Assembly: GCA_963707985.1 (NCBI GenBank)
Contig: CAVPRW010000042.1
Span: forward strand, 260,555 to 324,554
Direction: 5' to 3'
DNA from: an uncultured Nitrospinota bacterium
Lineage (GTDB): Bacteria > Tectomicrobia > Entotheonellia > J063 > CAVPRW01
DNA: 64,000 nucleotides
Made by a program: the position numbers and the translations under genes. Below, one piece after another: positions 30,674-41,299 of the stretch. Each line of letters starts with the position of its first letter. The first letter of the stretch is position 1. The notes below the pieces were generated by a model, which had not been told where the DNA came from, ran no database searches, and saw only the letters and a list, made by a program, of their open reading frames with translations.

Positions 30674-32074
30674 ATGGCTCGCGAAGAGATTGCCTTGATG
30701 GCGCACCTGATGCGGCGTGCCGGCTTTGGAGCCAGCCGCGACGAGCTCGAGGCCCGGGCCGCCAACGGTTATGAAGCGACGGTCGAGGAGCTGTTGAACC
30801 CGGCCGCCGAACCGGTGGACCGGTATGAGTTCCTGCGCTTCCACCCCGGCTTCTGGAAGCCCGTCACCTCCCCTGGTATGGGTATGGCCGCCTGGTTTCA
30901 TACGATGCTCAACACACAGCGGCCGCTGGAGGAGAAGATGGTGCTATTCTGGCATCAGCTGTTCGCCACCGGCCAGTCGAAAATCGACCATTGGCACGAG
31001 CTGATCGCCCAAGTCGACATGTTCCGGGAGCACGCTCTCGGCAACTACCGCGATCTGCTGGTCGCCCTGGCCAAAGACCCGGCAATGATCTACTGGCTGG
31101 ACAACTGCGACAACCACGCGCATGCGGTCAACGAAAACTGGGGGCGGGAGCTCCTGGAGCTGTTCAGTATGGGCGTGGGGAACTTCTCCGAGACGGATGT
31201 GCGGGAGGCCTCCCGAGCCTTCACCGGCTGGACGATAGGTTACACTCCGCCGCGCGGCTACTACAACCGCTGGGACTGGCAATTCGAGTACCTCGAAGAA
31301 GATCACGATGATGGCGAAAAGACCTTCATGGGTCATACCGGAAACTTCAACGGGGAGGACATCATCGACATCATCGTCCAGCAACCGGCCTGTCACCGGT
31401 TCATCGCCCGCCATTTGTACAACTTCTTCGTCGCCGATGAGCCTCAGGTGCCGGCCTGGCAGACCACGCCGCCACGGAATCCCGAGGCTATCGATACCAT
31501 CGCCACCGCCTTCCGGGAATCGAAGTACGACATGCGCTCGACCCTCAGGGTGATCTTCAACTCAGACTTTTTCAAAAGCGCCTGTTTTGCCAGAATCAAA
31601 AGCCCCGCAGAGGTCGTCATCAGCCTCCTAAGGCTTGCGGGAGGATTTGAGTTTCCTGCCCCAGGCATTGGCCAGTTGGCCAAGCAGCCGACGTATATGG
31701 GGCAGGAGCTGTTGAATCCGCCCAGTGTGGAAGGCTGGCATACGGGGGCCGAGTGGATCAACAGCGGCACCTTGATGAAGCGGGTCAACTTTGCCGCCAG
31801 CGTGTTGGGCGATCTCAGCCGGCCGGGCATCCGGGCCATTGTGCAGCGCCTCCAGGGCCAGGGCGACTTGGCCCCGGAGGGGTTCGTCGATGGTTGCCTC
31901 GATCTGTTGGGCCCGCTCACCGTGGAGCCCGAGGTGCGCCAGCGCCTGGTCGAGCATGCCCGTGAGGGCGGCTCGGTGCGCTGGAGCCCGGGCTCTGAGG
32001 CCAGCTTGTCCGAGAAGCGGGTGGGCGAGATGTTGCAGATGATCGCGTCCCTGCGCGAATTTCAGTATTGCTAA
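30674..32074 (+). CDS. DUF1800 family protein (copy 1)
   Basis: AHLMRRAGFG, L.EKM.LFWH..FAT, PAM..WLDN, NENWGRELLELF, PPSVEGW; AGGAGG RBS. Confidence 0.9.
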   Translation: MAREEIALMAHLMRRAGFGASRDELEARAANGYEATVEELLNPAAEPVDRYEFLRFHPGFWKPVTSPGMGMAAWFHTMLNTQRPLEEKMVLFWHQLFATGQSKIDHWHELIAQVDMFREHALGNYRDLLVALAKDPAMIYWLDNCDNHAHAVNENWGRELLELFSMGVGNFSETDVREASRAFTGWTIGYTPPRGYYNRWDWQFEYLEEDHDDGEKTFMGHTGNFNGEDIIDIIVQQPACHRFIARHLYNFFVADEPQVPAWQTTPPRNPEAIDTIATAFRESKYDMRSTLRVIFNSDFFKSACFARIKSPAEVVISLLRLAGGFEFPAPGIGQLAKQPTYMGQELLNPPSVEGWHTGAEWINSGTLMKRVNFAASVLGDLSRPGIRAIVQRLQGQGDLAPEGFVDGCLDLLGPLTVEPEVRQRLVEHAREGGSVRWSPGSEASLSEKRVGEMLQMIASLREFQYC

Positions 32075-32100
32075 CGTCTGGATGACGAAAGGAGACGGCC

Positions 32101-33228
32101 ATGGCGACGACGGACAAAGCTCCCGTGTTGGTGGTGCTGCAATTGTCCGGGGGGAATGACTACATGAACACGGTGATTCCCTACAACGATCCGCTGTACC
32201 GGGATTACCGGCCACGCGTCGGGCTGCCCGAGGAGCAGATTCTGCCCCTGGACGGCGAGGTCGGGCTGCACCCCAGTATGGCCCCGCTGCACGAGATGTA
32301 CACCCAGGGGAAGCTGGCGATTCTGCATGGGGTCGGCTATCCGAACTCGGTGCGCTCGCACTTCCGTTCCATGGACATCTGGCACACCTGTGAGCCCGAC
32401 AAGACGGGCACCGAGGGCTGGCTGGGGCTGGCGACCCGGCAACTCGATCCGCATAAGGACAACATCGTCACGGCGGTGAGCTTTGGGCCGTGCATGTTCC
32501 GCGCCCTGTCGGTGGCGGGGGTGCCGGTGGCCTGCGTCGACGATCTGGAGAGCTACGGGTTGCTGACCGGGATTGCCCCGGCGGCCCAGCGCGCCAAGAT
32601 CCTGGAGCGCTTTGCCCAGACCTATTCGCCGCTGATCGGCCGGGACGAAGTCATGAAGTACCTGGGGTCGACGGGGTTGGAAGCGATGGCGGGGGCCGAC
32701 ATCTTGAAAGTGGCCCCGCAACAGTATGCCTCGACGGTGCACTACCCCGACACCTCCCTCGCCAAGAAGCTCAAGGGCATCGCGCAGATACATTTTGCCG
32801 GATTAGGCAGCCGCGTCTTCTATTGTGACCATCTGGGCTTCGACACCCATGCCAATCAGCTGCCGGTGCATGCGACCTTGTGGCATGACGTGTCGCAGGC
32901 CATCGCGGCGTTCTTCGCCGACCTCAGGGAACACGATACAGCCGACAATGTGCTGCTGTTCCTGTTCACCGAGTTTGGGCGGCGGGTGCGCGATAACGGC
33001 TCGGGGACCGACCACGGCGCGGGGGGCGCGGCGTTTGTGCTGGGCGAGAGGGTGAAGGGGGGCCAGTATGGCGCGTACCCGTCGCGCAAGCCGGCCGACC
33101 TGACGCAGGGGGATTTAGCGCCGACCCTGGACTTCCGGGGGGTCTATGCCACCATCTTAGAGGACTGGCTGCACGTCGACGCCCAACCCATCGTCAAGGG
33201 CACGTTCGAGCAACCGCGCTTTGTCTAG
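32101..33228 (+). CDS. DUF1501 family protein (copy 1)
   Basis: LVVLQLSGGND, GLHP, RSHFRS, GFDTHANQ, TEFGRR, NGSGTDHG, DFR.VYA. Confidence 0.9.
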   Translation: MATTDKAPVLVVLQLSGGNDYMNTVIPYNDPLYRDYRPRVGLPEEQILPLDGEVGLHPSMAPLHEMYTQGKLAILHGVGYPNSVRSHFRSMDIWHTCEPDKTGTEGWLGLATRQLDPHKDNIVTAVSFGPCMFRALSVAGVPVACVDDLESYGLLTGIAPAAQRAKILERFAQTYSPLIGRDEVMKYLGSTGLEAMAGADILKVAPQQYASTVHYPDTSLAKKLKGIAQIHFAGLGSRVFYCDHLGFDTHANQLPVHATLWHDVSQAIAAFFADLREHDTADNVLLFLFTEFGRRVRDNGSGTDHGAGGAAFVLGERVKGGQYGAYPSRKPADLTQGDLAPTLDFRGVYATILEDWLHVDAQPIVKGTFEQPRFV

Positions 33229-33352
33229 GGAGGGCGCCCTGCCCCCGCTTGTCCCCCGCTCCCGCGGGGCGAGGGTCGGGGGGCGGGGCATCCCACCGCG
33301 CGACGACCCAAGACCCTGTGGCCATTCACCCACACCAAAGTAAGGAGAAGCC

Positions 33353-34402
33353 ATGCTTACGACACTAGCAGCTGGCCGAGTCTTCGACTTCAGCCATGTG
33401 GTGGGCCGAGGGGGGGGCTCAGGCATGGGGTTTAGTAGAGCTGTCGCCTTAGCCTTCGGTGAAGGCGATACTGTCTATGTCTTAAACCGCGGAGCGGAGC
33501 AGATCAAGGACATGCCCTGGAACCGGACCCAGGTAGGTACCCGCGTGGGGAAGTTCACCATCGGGCCGGTGCCGGGCGATGAGGAGTTCGTGGCCGATAT
33601 CTCCCGTCCCGGAGATGGACCTGGGCAACTGATATGGCCCGCTGGCCTTGCGCTGGATCGGCAGGAAAACGTCTACGTCACCGACGAGTGGCTCAACCGC
33701 GTCTCCATCTTCGATATGGATGGCCACTTCCTGCGCGATTGGGGTACCGCTGGGAGCGGTGACGGTGAATTCAATGGCCCCTCGGGGATCGCCATTGACC
33801 GGCAAGAGGTCCTGTATATCGTGGACGGACGCAACCATCGGGTGCAGAAGTTCACCAAAGACGGCGAGTTCCTAAGCACGTGGGGCAGCCTCGGCAGCGC
33901 TCCTGGTCAGTTCAACGCTCCCTGGGGGATTACGTTAGACCAGCAGGGGGACGTGTACGTCGCCGATCATAAGAACCACCGGGTGCAGAAGTTCACCCCA
34001 GATGGCCAGTTCATGATGGAGTTCGGCAGTTACGGGACGGGCAAGCGCCAATTGAACCGTCCTTCCGACGTCGCCGTCGACCCCGACGGCGATGTGTATG
34101 TGTGCGATTGGGCCAACCATCGTGTCCAAGTCTTCGGCCCCGATGGCAAAATTGTCACCACTCTTGTCGGCGATGCCCAGGAGCTCTCCAAATGGGCCAG
34201 GATGGCATTAGAAACCAACCCGGGCGCGATGAAACGGCGTCGAGAAGTACGCAACTTCGAGCAGGAATGGCGGTTCGCCTTCCCCACGGCCGTGGCTTTC
34301 GATGACCACTACGGTCGGCTGATCGTGTGTGACACGCAGCGCAACCGGCTGCAGATCTACAACAAGCTCAAGGACTACCAACCGGCGGCGCGCACCATTT
34401 AG
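33353..34402 (+). CDS. NHL-repeat beta-propeller protein (copy 1)
   Basis: Repeated F/LxxPxGIAxDxxGxVYVxDxxNHRVQKF. Confidence 0.92.
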   Translation: MLTTLAAGRVFDFSHVVGRGGGSGMGFSRAVALAFGEGDTVYVLNRGAEQIKDMPWNRTQVGTRVGKFTIGPVPGDEEFVADISRPGDGPGQLIWPAGLALDRQENVYVTDEWLNRVSIFDMDGHFLRDWGTAGSGDGEFNGPSGIAIDRQEVLYIVDGRNHRVQKFTKDGEFLSTWGSLGSAPGQFNAPWGITLDQQGDVYVADHKNHRVQKFTPDGQFMMEFGSYGTGKRQLNRPSDVAVDPDGDVYVCDWANHRVQVFGPDGKIVTTLVGDAQELSKWARMALETNPGAMKRRREVRNFEQEWRFAFPTAVAFDDHYGRLIVCDTQRNRLQIYNKLKDYQPAARTI

Positions 34403-34626
34403 CTCAGCTACACGTGCACAGGCTTCCTGAGCCGCGCCACAGGTGGGGCATTCTCCATCTATCCTGGGCGCGGCGGGAGCTTGTCATGCAGGTTGCCACA
34501 CACGTTCTCCCGCACGGTGAAAAAGCTCTAGAACGTGCGCCGCGCTGCAGCTCTTGTCGCATTCCCCCAAAATCATGCCTAAAAACTCAACAATTCCAAT
34601 AAGGTAAGGAATATCCCTCGAAGGTA

Positions 34627-34656
34627 TTGACAGCATCCCTCTACTAGTACGACAAT
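34627..34656 (+). promoter_or_regulatory. Sigma70-like promoter, module copy 2
   Basis: TTGACA-N18-GACAAT. Confidence 0.5.
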
Positions 34657-34761
34657 AACTATTGAATATTCCTCTAGAAGTATCTCAGGCGTTGGGCTGT
34701 TTCGGAACACCCTCAGGAAAATTCTTGGCGCATCGAACCTGTTCAGGAAGGAGGTGCTGCA

Positions 34762-36162
34762 ATGGCTCGTGACGAGATTGCCTTGATGGCGCACCTGATG
34801 CGGCGTGCCGGCTTTGGAGCCAGCCGCGACGAGCTCGAGGCCCGGGCCGCCAACGGTTATGAAGCGACGGTCGAGGAGCTGTTGAACCCGGCGGCCGAAC
34901 CGGTGGACCGCTATGAGTTCCTGCGCTACCACCCCGGCTTCTGGAAGCCCATCACCTCCCCTGGTATGGGAAGCGCCGCCTGGTTTCATACCATGCTCAA
35001 CACGCAGCGGCCCCTAGAGGAGAAGATGGTACTGTTTTGGCACCAGGTGTTCGCCACCGGCCAGTCGAAGATCGACCACTGGCATGAGCTCATCACCCAG
35101 GCCGACATGCTCCGCGACATGGGGATGGGCAATTACCGCGATCTGCTGGTCGCCCTAGCCAAGAACCCAGCGATGATCTACTGGCTGGACAACTGCGACA
35201 ACCATGGCCATGCAGTCAACGAAAATTGGGGGCGGGAGCTGTTGGAGCTGTTTAGCATGGGCGTGGGCAATTATACCGAGACGGATGTGCGGGAGGCGTC
35301 CCGGGCCTTCACCGGCTGGACGATTGCCCTCACCCCACCGCGCGGCTACTACAATCGCTGGGACTGGGAATTCGAATACATCGACGAAGATCATGACGAT
35401 GGCGAAAAGACCTTCCTCGGCCATACGGGGAACTTTAATGGAGAAGATATCATCGACATCATCGTCCAGCAACCGGCCTGTCACCGGTTTATCGCCCGCC
35501 ATTTGTACAACTTCTTCGTCGCCGATGAGGCACAGGTGCCAGCCTGGCAGACCACGCCGCCACGTGACCCCAAAGCCATCGACACGATAGCTAAGGCCTT
35601 CGCAGATTCGCACTATGACATGCGCTCAACGTTGCGAACGCTGTTCCTCTCCGACTTCTTCAAGGAAGCCCGCTTTGCCAGGATCAAGAGCCCTGCGGAG
35701 GTCGTGATCGGCATCATGCGGTTGGCCGGAGGGTATGAATTTCCTGGGCCAGGGATTGGCAATCTGGCCAAGCAGCCGACGTACATGGGACAGGAGCTAT
35801 TGAATCCGCCCAGCGTGGAAGGCTGGCATACGGGGGCCGAGTGGATCAACAGCGGCACCTTGATGAAACGGGTCAACTTTGCCGCCAGCGTGTTGGGCGA
35901 TCTCAGCCGGCCGGGCATCCGGGCCATTGTGCAGCGCCTCCAGGGCCAGGGCGACTTGGCCCCCGAAGGGCTCGTCGATGGTTGCCTCGATCTGTTGGGC
36001 CCGCTCACCGTGGAGCCCGAGGTGCGCCAGCGCCTGGTCGAGCATGCCCGTGAGGGCGGCTCGGTGCGCTGGCGCCCGGGCTCTGAGGCCAGCTTGTCCG
36101 AGAAGCGGGTGGGCGAGATGTTGCAGATGATCGCGTCCCTGCGCGAATTTCAGTATTGCTAA
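34762..36162 (+). CDS. DUF1800 family protein (copy 2)
   Basis: Same motifs as copy 1. Confidence 0.9.
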   Translation: MARDEIALMAHLMRRAGFGASRDELEARAANGYEATVEELLNPAAEPVDRYEFLRYHPGFWKPITSPGMGSAAWFHTMLNTQRPLEEKMVLFWHQVFATGQSKIDHWHELITQADMLRDMGMGNYRDLLVALAKNPAMIYWLDNCDNHGHAVNENWGRELLELFSMGVGNYTETDVREASRAFTGWTIALTPPRGYYNRWDWEFEYIDEDHDDGEKTFLGHTGNFNGEDIIDIIVQQPACHRFIARHLYNFFVADEAQVPAWQTTPPRDPKAIDTIAKAFADSHYDMRSTLRTLFLSDFFKEARFARIKSPAEVVIGIMRLAGGYEFPGPGIGNLAKQPTYMGQELLNPPSVEGWHTGAEWINSGTLMKRVNFAASVLGDLSRPGIRAIVQRLQGQGDLAPEGLVDGCLDLLGPLTVEPEVRQRLVEHAREGGSVRWRPGSEASLSEKRVGEMLQMIASLREFQYC

Positions 36163-36188
36163 CGTCTGGATGACGAAAGGAGACGGCC

Positions 36189-37316
36189 ATGGCGACGACG
36201 GACAAAGCTCCCGTGTTGGTGGTGCTGCAATTGTCCGGGGGGAATGACTACATGAACACGGTGATTCCCTACAACGATCCGCTGTACCGGGATTACCGGC
36301 CACGCGTCGGGCTGCCCGAGGAGCAGATTCTGCCCCTGGACGGCGAGGTCGGGCTGCACCCCAGTATGGCCCCGCTGCACGAGATGTACACCCAGGGGAA
36401 GCTGGCGATTCTGCATGGGGTCGGCTATCCGAACTCGGTGCGCTCGCACTTCCGTTCCATGGACATCTGGCACACCTGTGAGCCCGACAAGACGGGCACC
36501 GAGGGTTGGCTGGGGCTGGCGACCCGGCAACTCGATCCGCATAAGGACAACATCGTCACGGCGGTGAGCTTTGGGCCGTGCATGTTCCGCGCCCTGGCGG
36601 TGGCGGGGGTGCCGGTGGCCTGCGTCGACGATCTGGAGAGCTACGGGTTGCTGACCGGGATTGCCCCGGCGGCCCAGCGCGCCAAGATCCTGGAGCGCTT
36701 TGCGCAGACCTATTCGCCGCTGATCGGCCGGGACGAAGTCATGAAGTACCTGGGGTCGACGGGGTTGGAAGCGATGGCGGGGGCCGACATCTTGAAAGTG
36801 GCCCCGCAACAGTATGCCTCGACGGTGCACTACCCCGACACCTCCCTCGCCAAGAAGCTCAAGGGCATCGCGCAGATACATTTTGCCGGCTTAGGCAGCC
36901 GCGTCTTCTATTGTGACCATCTGGGCTTCGACACCCATGCCAATCAGCTGCCGGTGCATGCGACCTTGTGGCATGACGTGTCGCAGGCCATCGCGGCGTT
37001 CTTCGCCGACCTCAGGGAACACGATACAGCCGACAATGTGCTGCTGTTCCTGTTCACCGAGTTTGGGCGGCGCGTGCGCGATAACGGCTCGGGGACCGAC
37101 CACGGCGCGGGGGGCGCGGCGTTTGTGCTGGGCGAGAGGGTGAAGGGGGGCCAGTATGGCGCGTACCCGTCGCGCAAGCCGGCCGACCTGACGCAGGGGG
37201 ATTTAGCGCCGACCTTGGACTTCCGGGGGGTCTATGCCACCATCTTAGAGGACTGGCTGCACGTCGACGCCCAACCCATCGTCAAGGGCACGTTCGAGCA
37301 ACCGCGCTTTGTCTAG
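36189..37316 (+). CDS. DUF1501 family protein (copy 2)
   Basis: Appears identical to copy 1 except RALSVAG vs RALAVAG. Confidence 0.9.
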   Translation: MATTDKAPVLVVLQLSGGNDYMNTVIPYNDPLYRDYRPRVGLPEEQILPLDGEVGLHPSMAPLHEMYTQGKLAILHGVGYPNSVRSHFRSMDIWHTCEPDKTGTEGWLGLATRQLDPHKDNIVTAVSFGPCMFRALAVAGVPVACVDDLESYGLLTGIAPAAQRAKILERFAQTYSPLIGRDEVMKYLGSTGLEAMAGADILKVAPQQYASTVHYPDTSLAKKLKGIAQIHFAGLGSRVFYCDHLGFDTHANQLPVHATLWHDVSQAIAAFFADLREHDTADNVLLFLFTEFGRRVRDNGSGTDHGAGGAAFVLGERVKGGQYGAYPSRKPADLTQGDLAPTLDFRGVYATILEDWLHVDAQPIVKGTFEQPRFV

Positions 37317-37542
37317 GGAGGGCCCCCTGCCCCCGCTTGTCCCCCGCTCCCGCGGGGCGAGGGTCGGGGGGCGGGGCATCCCACGGCGCGACGACCCAAG
37401 ACCCTGTGGCTCTTCACCCACATGATCAGGACCGGCGAAGCAGTACACCAGTATTTCCCTAAGGCTCTGCACTGCACATGTCCTGAGAAGTGGGCGCTTC
37501 GTACGAGCCGCTACCTAATAGCCACAAAGAAGGGGGTGAGTA

Positions 37543-38592
37543 ATGCTTACGACCGTAGCAGCCGGCCGCGTCTTCGACTTCAGTCATGTTGTAGGCCGGG
37601 GTGCACTATCGGGCGAAGGATTCCGCATGGCGGTCTCCCTGGCCTTAGGTGAAGGCGATACCCTCTATGCCGTCAACCGGGGCTGGGAGCAGGTTCAGAA
37701 CGTTCCCGCGACCCGAACACAGTTGGGAACTCGCATCGGGAAGTTCACCATCGGACCGGTGCCGGGGGACGAAGAGTTTGTGGTCGATTTCTCCAAGCCC
37801 GGTGCGAACCCTGGGGAGCTCATGTGGCCTGCCGGCATTGCGCTGGATAGCCAGGAAAACGTTTACGTCACCGATGAGTGGCTGAATCGTATTTCGATTT
37901 TTGATAAGGATGGCAAATTCCTGAGCTACTGGGGCACGTCTGGGAACGATGACGGCGAGCTCACTGGCCCCTCGGGGATCGCCATCGATCGCCAGGATGT
38001 CTTGTACATCGTCGACAGCCGCAACCATCGGATACAGAAATTCACCACGGATGGTAAATTCCTGTCCACATGGGGCAGTCTTGGCAACGCCCCTGGTCAA
38101 TTCAATGCTCCCTGGGGCATCAGCATCGACCACCTGGGGAACGTCTACGTCGCCGACCATAAGAATCACCGGGTGCAGAAATTTACTCCAGATGGCCAAT
38201 TCACGATGCAGTTCGGCAGCTACGGAAACGGCAAGGGCCAATTGACTCGTCCGACCGACGTCGCTATCGACCCCGAGGGCGACGTGTACGTCTGCGACTG
38301 GGCCAATCACCGTATTCAGGTCTTCGATCCCGAAGGCAAGGCAATCACCAGCCTGCGCGGCGATGCCCAGGAGCTCTCCAAATGGGCTAAACTGACGTTG
38401 GAGGCCAGCCCGGACTCAATGAAACGGCGTCGTGAAGTGCACAGCCTGGAACGCGAATGGCGCTTCTCCTTCCCGACGGCTGTGGTCTTCGATGACCACT
38501 ACGGCCGGCTCATCGTCTCAGACACCCAGCGTAACCGGTTGCAGCTCTACAACAAGCTGAAGAACTACCAATCGGCCGCGCGCACCATCTAG
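37543..38592 (+). CDS. NHL-repeat protein (copy 2)
   Basis: NHL repeats; same length (349 aa) but many substitutions versus copy 1. Confidence 0.92.
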   Translation: MLTTVAAGRVFDFSHVVGRGALSGEGFRMAVSLALGEGDTLYAVNRGWEQVQNVPATRTQLGTRIGKFTIGPVPGDEEFVVDFSKPGANPGELMWPAGIALDSQENVYVTDEWLNRISIFDKDGKFLSYWGTSGNDDGELTGPSGIAIDRQDVLYIVDSRNHRIQKFTTDGKFLSTWGSLGNAPGQFNAPWGISIDHLGNVYVADHKNHRVQKFTPDGQFTMQFGSYGNGKGQLTRPTDVAIDPEGDVYVCDWANHRIQVFDPEGKAITSLRGDAQELSKWAKLTLEASPDSMKRRREVHSLEREWRFSFPTAVVFDDHYGRLIVSDTQRNRLQLYNKLKNYQSAARTI

Positions 38593-38921
38593 AGCAGCCA
38601 TACGACCACCTGCGCCCCCAGTCATGCCACAGGGGGCGCCTCTCCCATCTGACCTGTGGCCAACCACGAGGATAGGCGTCAAACACTTTCTCTCCCTGTG
38701 TGCGAACGACCGGATGCCGCATGGAATCTACGTCATCCATAACCATTGGGTTGCCTTAAAATGCCATACGGGATGGCGCCGCTTCCCATCACTCTGTTCG
38801 GTGCGAACAAGAGCCGCTCTGAGCTTTTGTCGACCCCGTCATGAACGAGTCGGTGATGCGAATGGACTGCCCCGACTTGATGTTCGGACCTTAGTTACAT
38901 GTCAATCTTGAAAACCAACTG

Positions 38922-40457
38922 ATGGGAGATGATGACATGTATGAACAAGGAGTGAGTAATAGAACCAACAGAAGCTCGGGTTTGTCGATTTTGCCTCAGA
39001 TCGATACTATCGTCTACGTGATGTTCGAGAACCGTTCCCTTGATAACGTTCTCGGGTGGCTGTACGCGGCCGATACCCCGAAAAACATATACCCTCTACG
39101 TCCCACAGCTCCACCTTACGACGGGCTCACTGAAGGGGCATACACACTCCCGCTCAAAGCTCACTTTTGGAGTGACGTTACGTACTATCCTATACAGAAG
39201 GGGGTCGGGAAAGATGGCACGACCGTGCCGAACCTCGATCCATATGAGGAGTATGCTGATGTTCTGAATCAACTTTTCGGTGATGCGGAGAACACCGTCG
39301 ATCAGCCGCCCCCAGACGGAACTCACGCCAGCATGCAAGGATTCTTACAGGACTTCGACTCAGATTTGGATACCATGGACGAAACGATTCAGATAACGAA
39401 GACCTACACCAGTGCAGAACTTCCTATTCTATATAGCCTCGGAAAACAGTATGCTGTATGCGACCGATGGTACAGCTCAATGCCAACGCAGACAAATCCT
39501 AACCGCGCCTTCTCTTTATGCGGAACGTCGCTCGGCAGGCTTGTAAATGGGGGATTCGACCATGATGCCATTGAACAGTTCAATACCAAGACGATCTGGA
39601 ACGCTCTGGCCGAGCAGAACGTATCGATGGGAATATACTATCACGAGATCTGGCACGACGAACAATGCTTCACACAATACACCTTCCCATACCTGAATCG
39701 GGTTAATAAGCCTGGTCGGACACTCCTGGAAATAATGCAGATTGATGATCCTTCCAAGGGCTTCTATGCGCGCGCCAAGGCTGGCACTCTCCCCGCCTTC
39801 ACTTATATTGAGCCGAAATGGGGCTATGGCGTCAGTTTCGACACGTGCATACAGGGCAATGACTATCACCCGCCGACCGACGTGCGCCAGGGCGAGAAGC
39901 TGCTCCACGACATCTATACTGCTCTGAAATCAAACAAGAAGGCGTGGGAGCAGACGCTCTTGATAGTGACGTTCGACGAGCACGGTGGCACCTATGATCA
40001 CCACTCGCCCGCGTGGGGGGCAACGAATCCGAATGATCTCGACAGCAATAGGTCTCCATTCAATTTTCACCTTTTCGGGGTTCGCGTGCCGACGCTGCTC
40101 ATATCCCCGTATGTTTGGCCGAGTACTGTGTTTCGCGCGCCAGCAGATAAGCCACCCTATGATCACACCTCGATCCTTGCCACCCTACTGCGCTGGAAGG
40201 GCATCGATCCAGCCAACGCGGGCCTATACGACCGCGTCTCGGTCGCGCCTACGTTCGAAGGAGCGCTGAGTTTGACTATCGTCAATCCGGGCATAGACCT
40301 GCCCTCCCCTATCTGCGCCGATGGATTCAATAAAGAGTCGAATCAAATACTCGAAGGCATCCCCGCTGCCGCTAAGAGATACATCGCGTTAAAAGCTAAG
40401 AGCCTTGGTCAGATGAAGCTGCTAGCTGCCGATTACCGTAGCCATCATGTGACCTAA
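38922..40457 (+). CDS. Phosphoesterase / phospholipase C (AcpA/PlcH) family protein
   Basis: MFENRSLDN.LG, CDRWYSS.PT.T.PNR, TFDEHGG.YDH, GVRVP.L.ISP, YDHTS. Confidence 0.9.
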   Translation: MGDDDMYEQGVSNRTNRSSGLSILPQIDTIVYVMFENRSLDNVLGWLYAADTPKNIYPLRPTAPPYDGLTEGAYTLPLKAHFWSDVTYYPIQKGVGKDGTTVPNLDPYEEYADVLNQLFGDAENTVDQPPPDGTHASMQGFLQDFDSDLDTMDETIQITKTYTSAELPILYSLGKQYAVCDRWYSSMPTQTNPNRAFSLCGTSLGRLVNGGFDHDAIEQFNTKTIWNALAEQNVSMGIYYHEIWHDEQCFTQYTFPYLNRVNKPGRTLLEIMQIDDPSKGFYARAKAGTLPAFTYIEPKWGYGVSFDTCIQGNDYHPPTDVRQGEKLLHDIYTALKSNKKAWEQTLLIVTFDEHGGTYDHHSPAWGATNPNDLDSNRSPFNFHLFGVRVPTLLISPYVWPSTVFRAPADKPPYDHTSILATLLRWKGIDPANAGLYDRVSVAPTFEGALSLTIVNPGIDLPSPICADGFNKESNQILEGIPAAAKRYIALKAKSLGQMKLLAADYRSHHVT

Positions 40458-40559
40458 GCCAGTGGTTGTGGGAGGTGTACAACAATCAATAAGGGTAGAA
40501 TCAGTTGATTCTGCCTTCCTGAAGACGGTGGTATAGTTCCAAGCTACCTTATTCGACTG

Positions 40560-40933
40560 CCATCCGACATGGTCTTGACCACCTGGACGTTTTGCTTGGC
40601 CTTCATCTCTTCCAGGCCCGTCGAGTTCCGATCCATGAGCTTCCAGACAAAGTCTGCCGATTCCGCCATGGCGGCATACTTGATGATGGACTGCAGGTCT
40701 TTCAGCCATCTCCTCAGTCTTTTTTCCCCAATCGACGAAGACCTCGTGGAAGATGTCCTTTGTAGGCCAGGTGCTTTGCATCTTGAAGGTGACTGTGGTT
40801 TGTGCCGTTACGCGCGCTACCGAGGTCAGCCCGATCCCCGAAGCGCTGGCGCCGGTCGCGCTGGCGCGCCCAGTAATCCACGGCGTGACACAGCCTTCAA
40901 GCGTCGAGAGATCTTGCCATTGCTGTGACTCAT
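40560..40933 (-). pseudogene. TRAP transporter substrate-binding protein (Tat) remnant with a large internal deletion
   Basis: VSRRGLLG Tat-like start; FKMQSTWPTKDIFHE...EEMA joined to the C-terminal DLQSIIKYAAMAESAD segment in another frame. Confidence 0.6.
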
Positions 40934-41223
40934 GGTGATTACCCTCCCACTGATCAAGAGGTCCGTCTAAAAGGCACAAGGGCTAGAAAATCGAGGTGAG
41001 TGGGAGCCGCATGCCATAATCTTACGAGACAGCGGCATACCCACAGCGGATGGCGGCCGCCCCGCCCAAATAGTCAAGTCTATAGCCTGCAAAGGACTAT
41101 AACGTAAAGTTTTCTTGGTTTGGTGGTTCGTGAACCGCGCTTCGATAAGTGGAACGAGCAGCTCCTGGCAGGTCACGGTAGTGGGCGAACGTGGAGTGAA
41201 CATCGGGAGCCATGAAATTAGGC

Positions 41224-41253
41224 TTGACGGATCGTATCTAGGAGTTTTACACT
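41224..41253 (+). promoter_or_regulatory. Sigma70-like promoter upstream of the DNA methyltransferase
   Basis: TTGACG-N18-TACACT. Confidence 0.45.
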
Positions 41254-41299
41254 GATGACGTTGAACTAGACATCGTGTCGTGACACTGCAGGCTATGAA

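Larger units (their letters stand above)
30633..38592 (+). repeat. Tandem duplication of the DUF1800-DUF1501-NHL module, period 4,088 bp
   Basis: ATTCTTGGCGCATCGAACCT at 30633 and 34721; starts 30674/34762 and 32101/36189 both offset by 4,088. Confidence 0.95.

Noticed and set aside
32071..36881. Long antisense ORFs repeated in both module copies (e.g. 240 aa)
   Set aside because: They are shadows of GC-rich coding strands, and their conservation follows from DNA identity.
30633..38592. Duplication as a pure assembly artefact
   Set aside because: The NHL genes, DUF1800 cores and promoters differ extensively while the frames stay intact.
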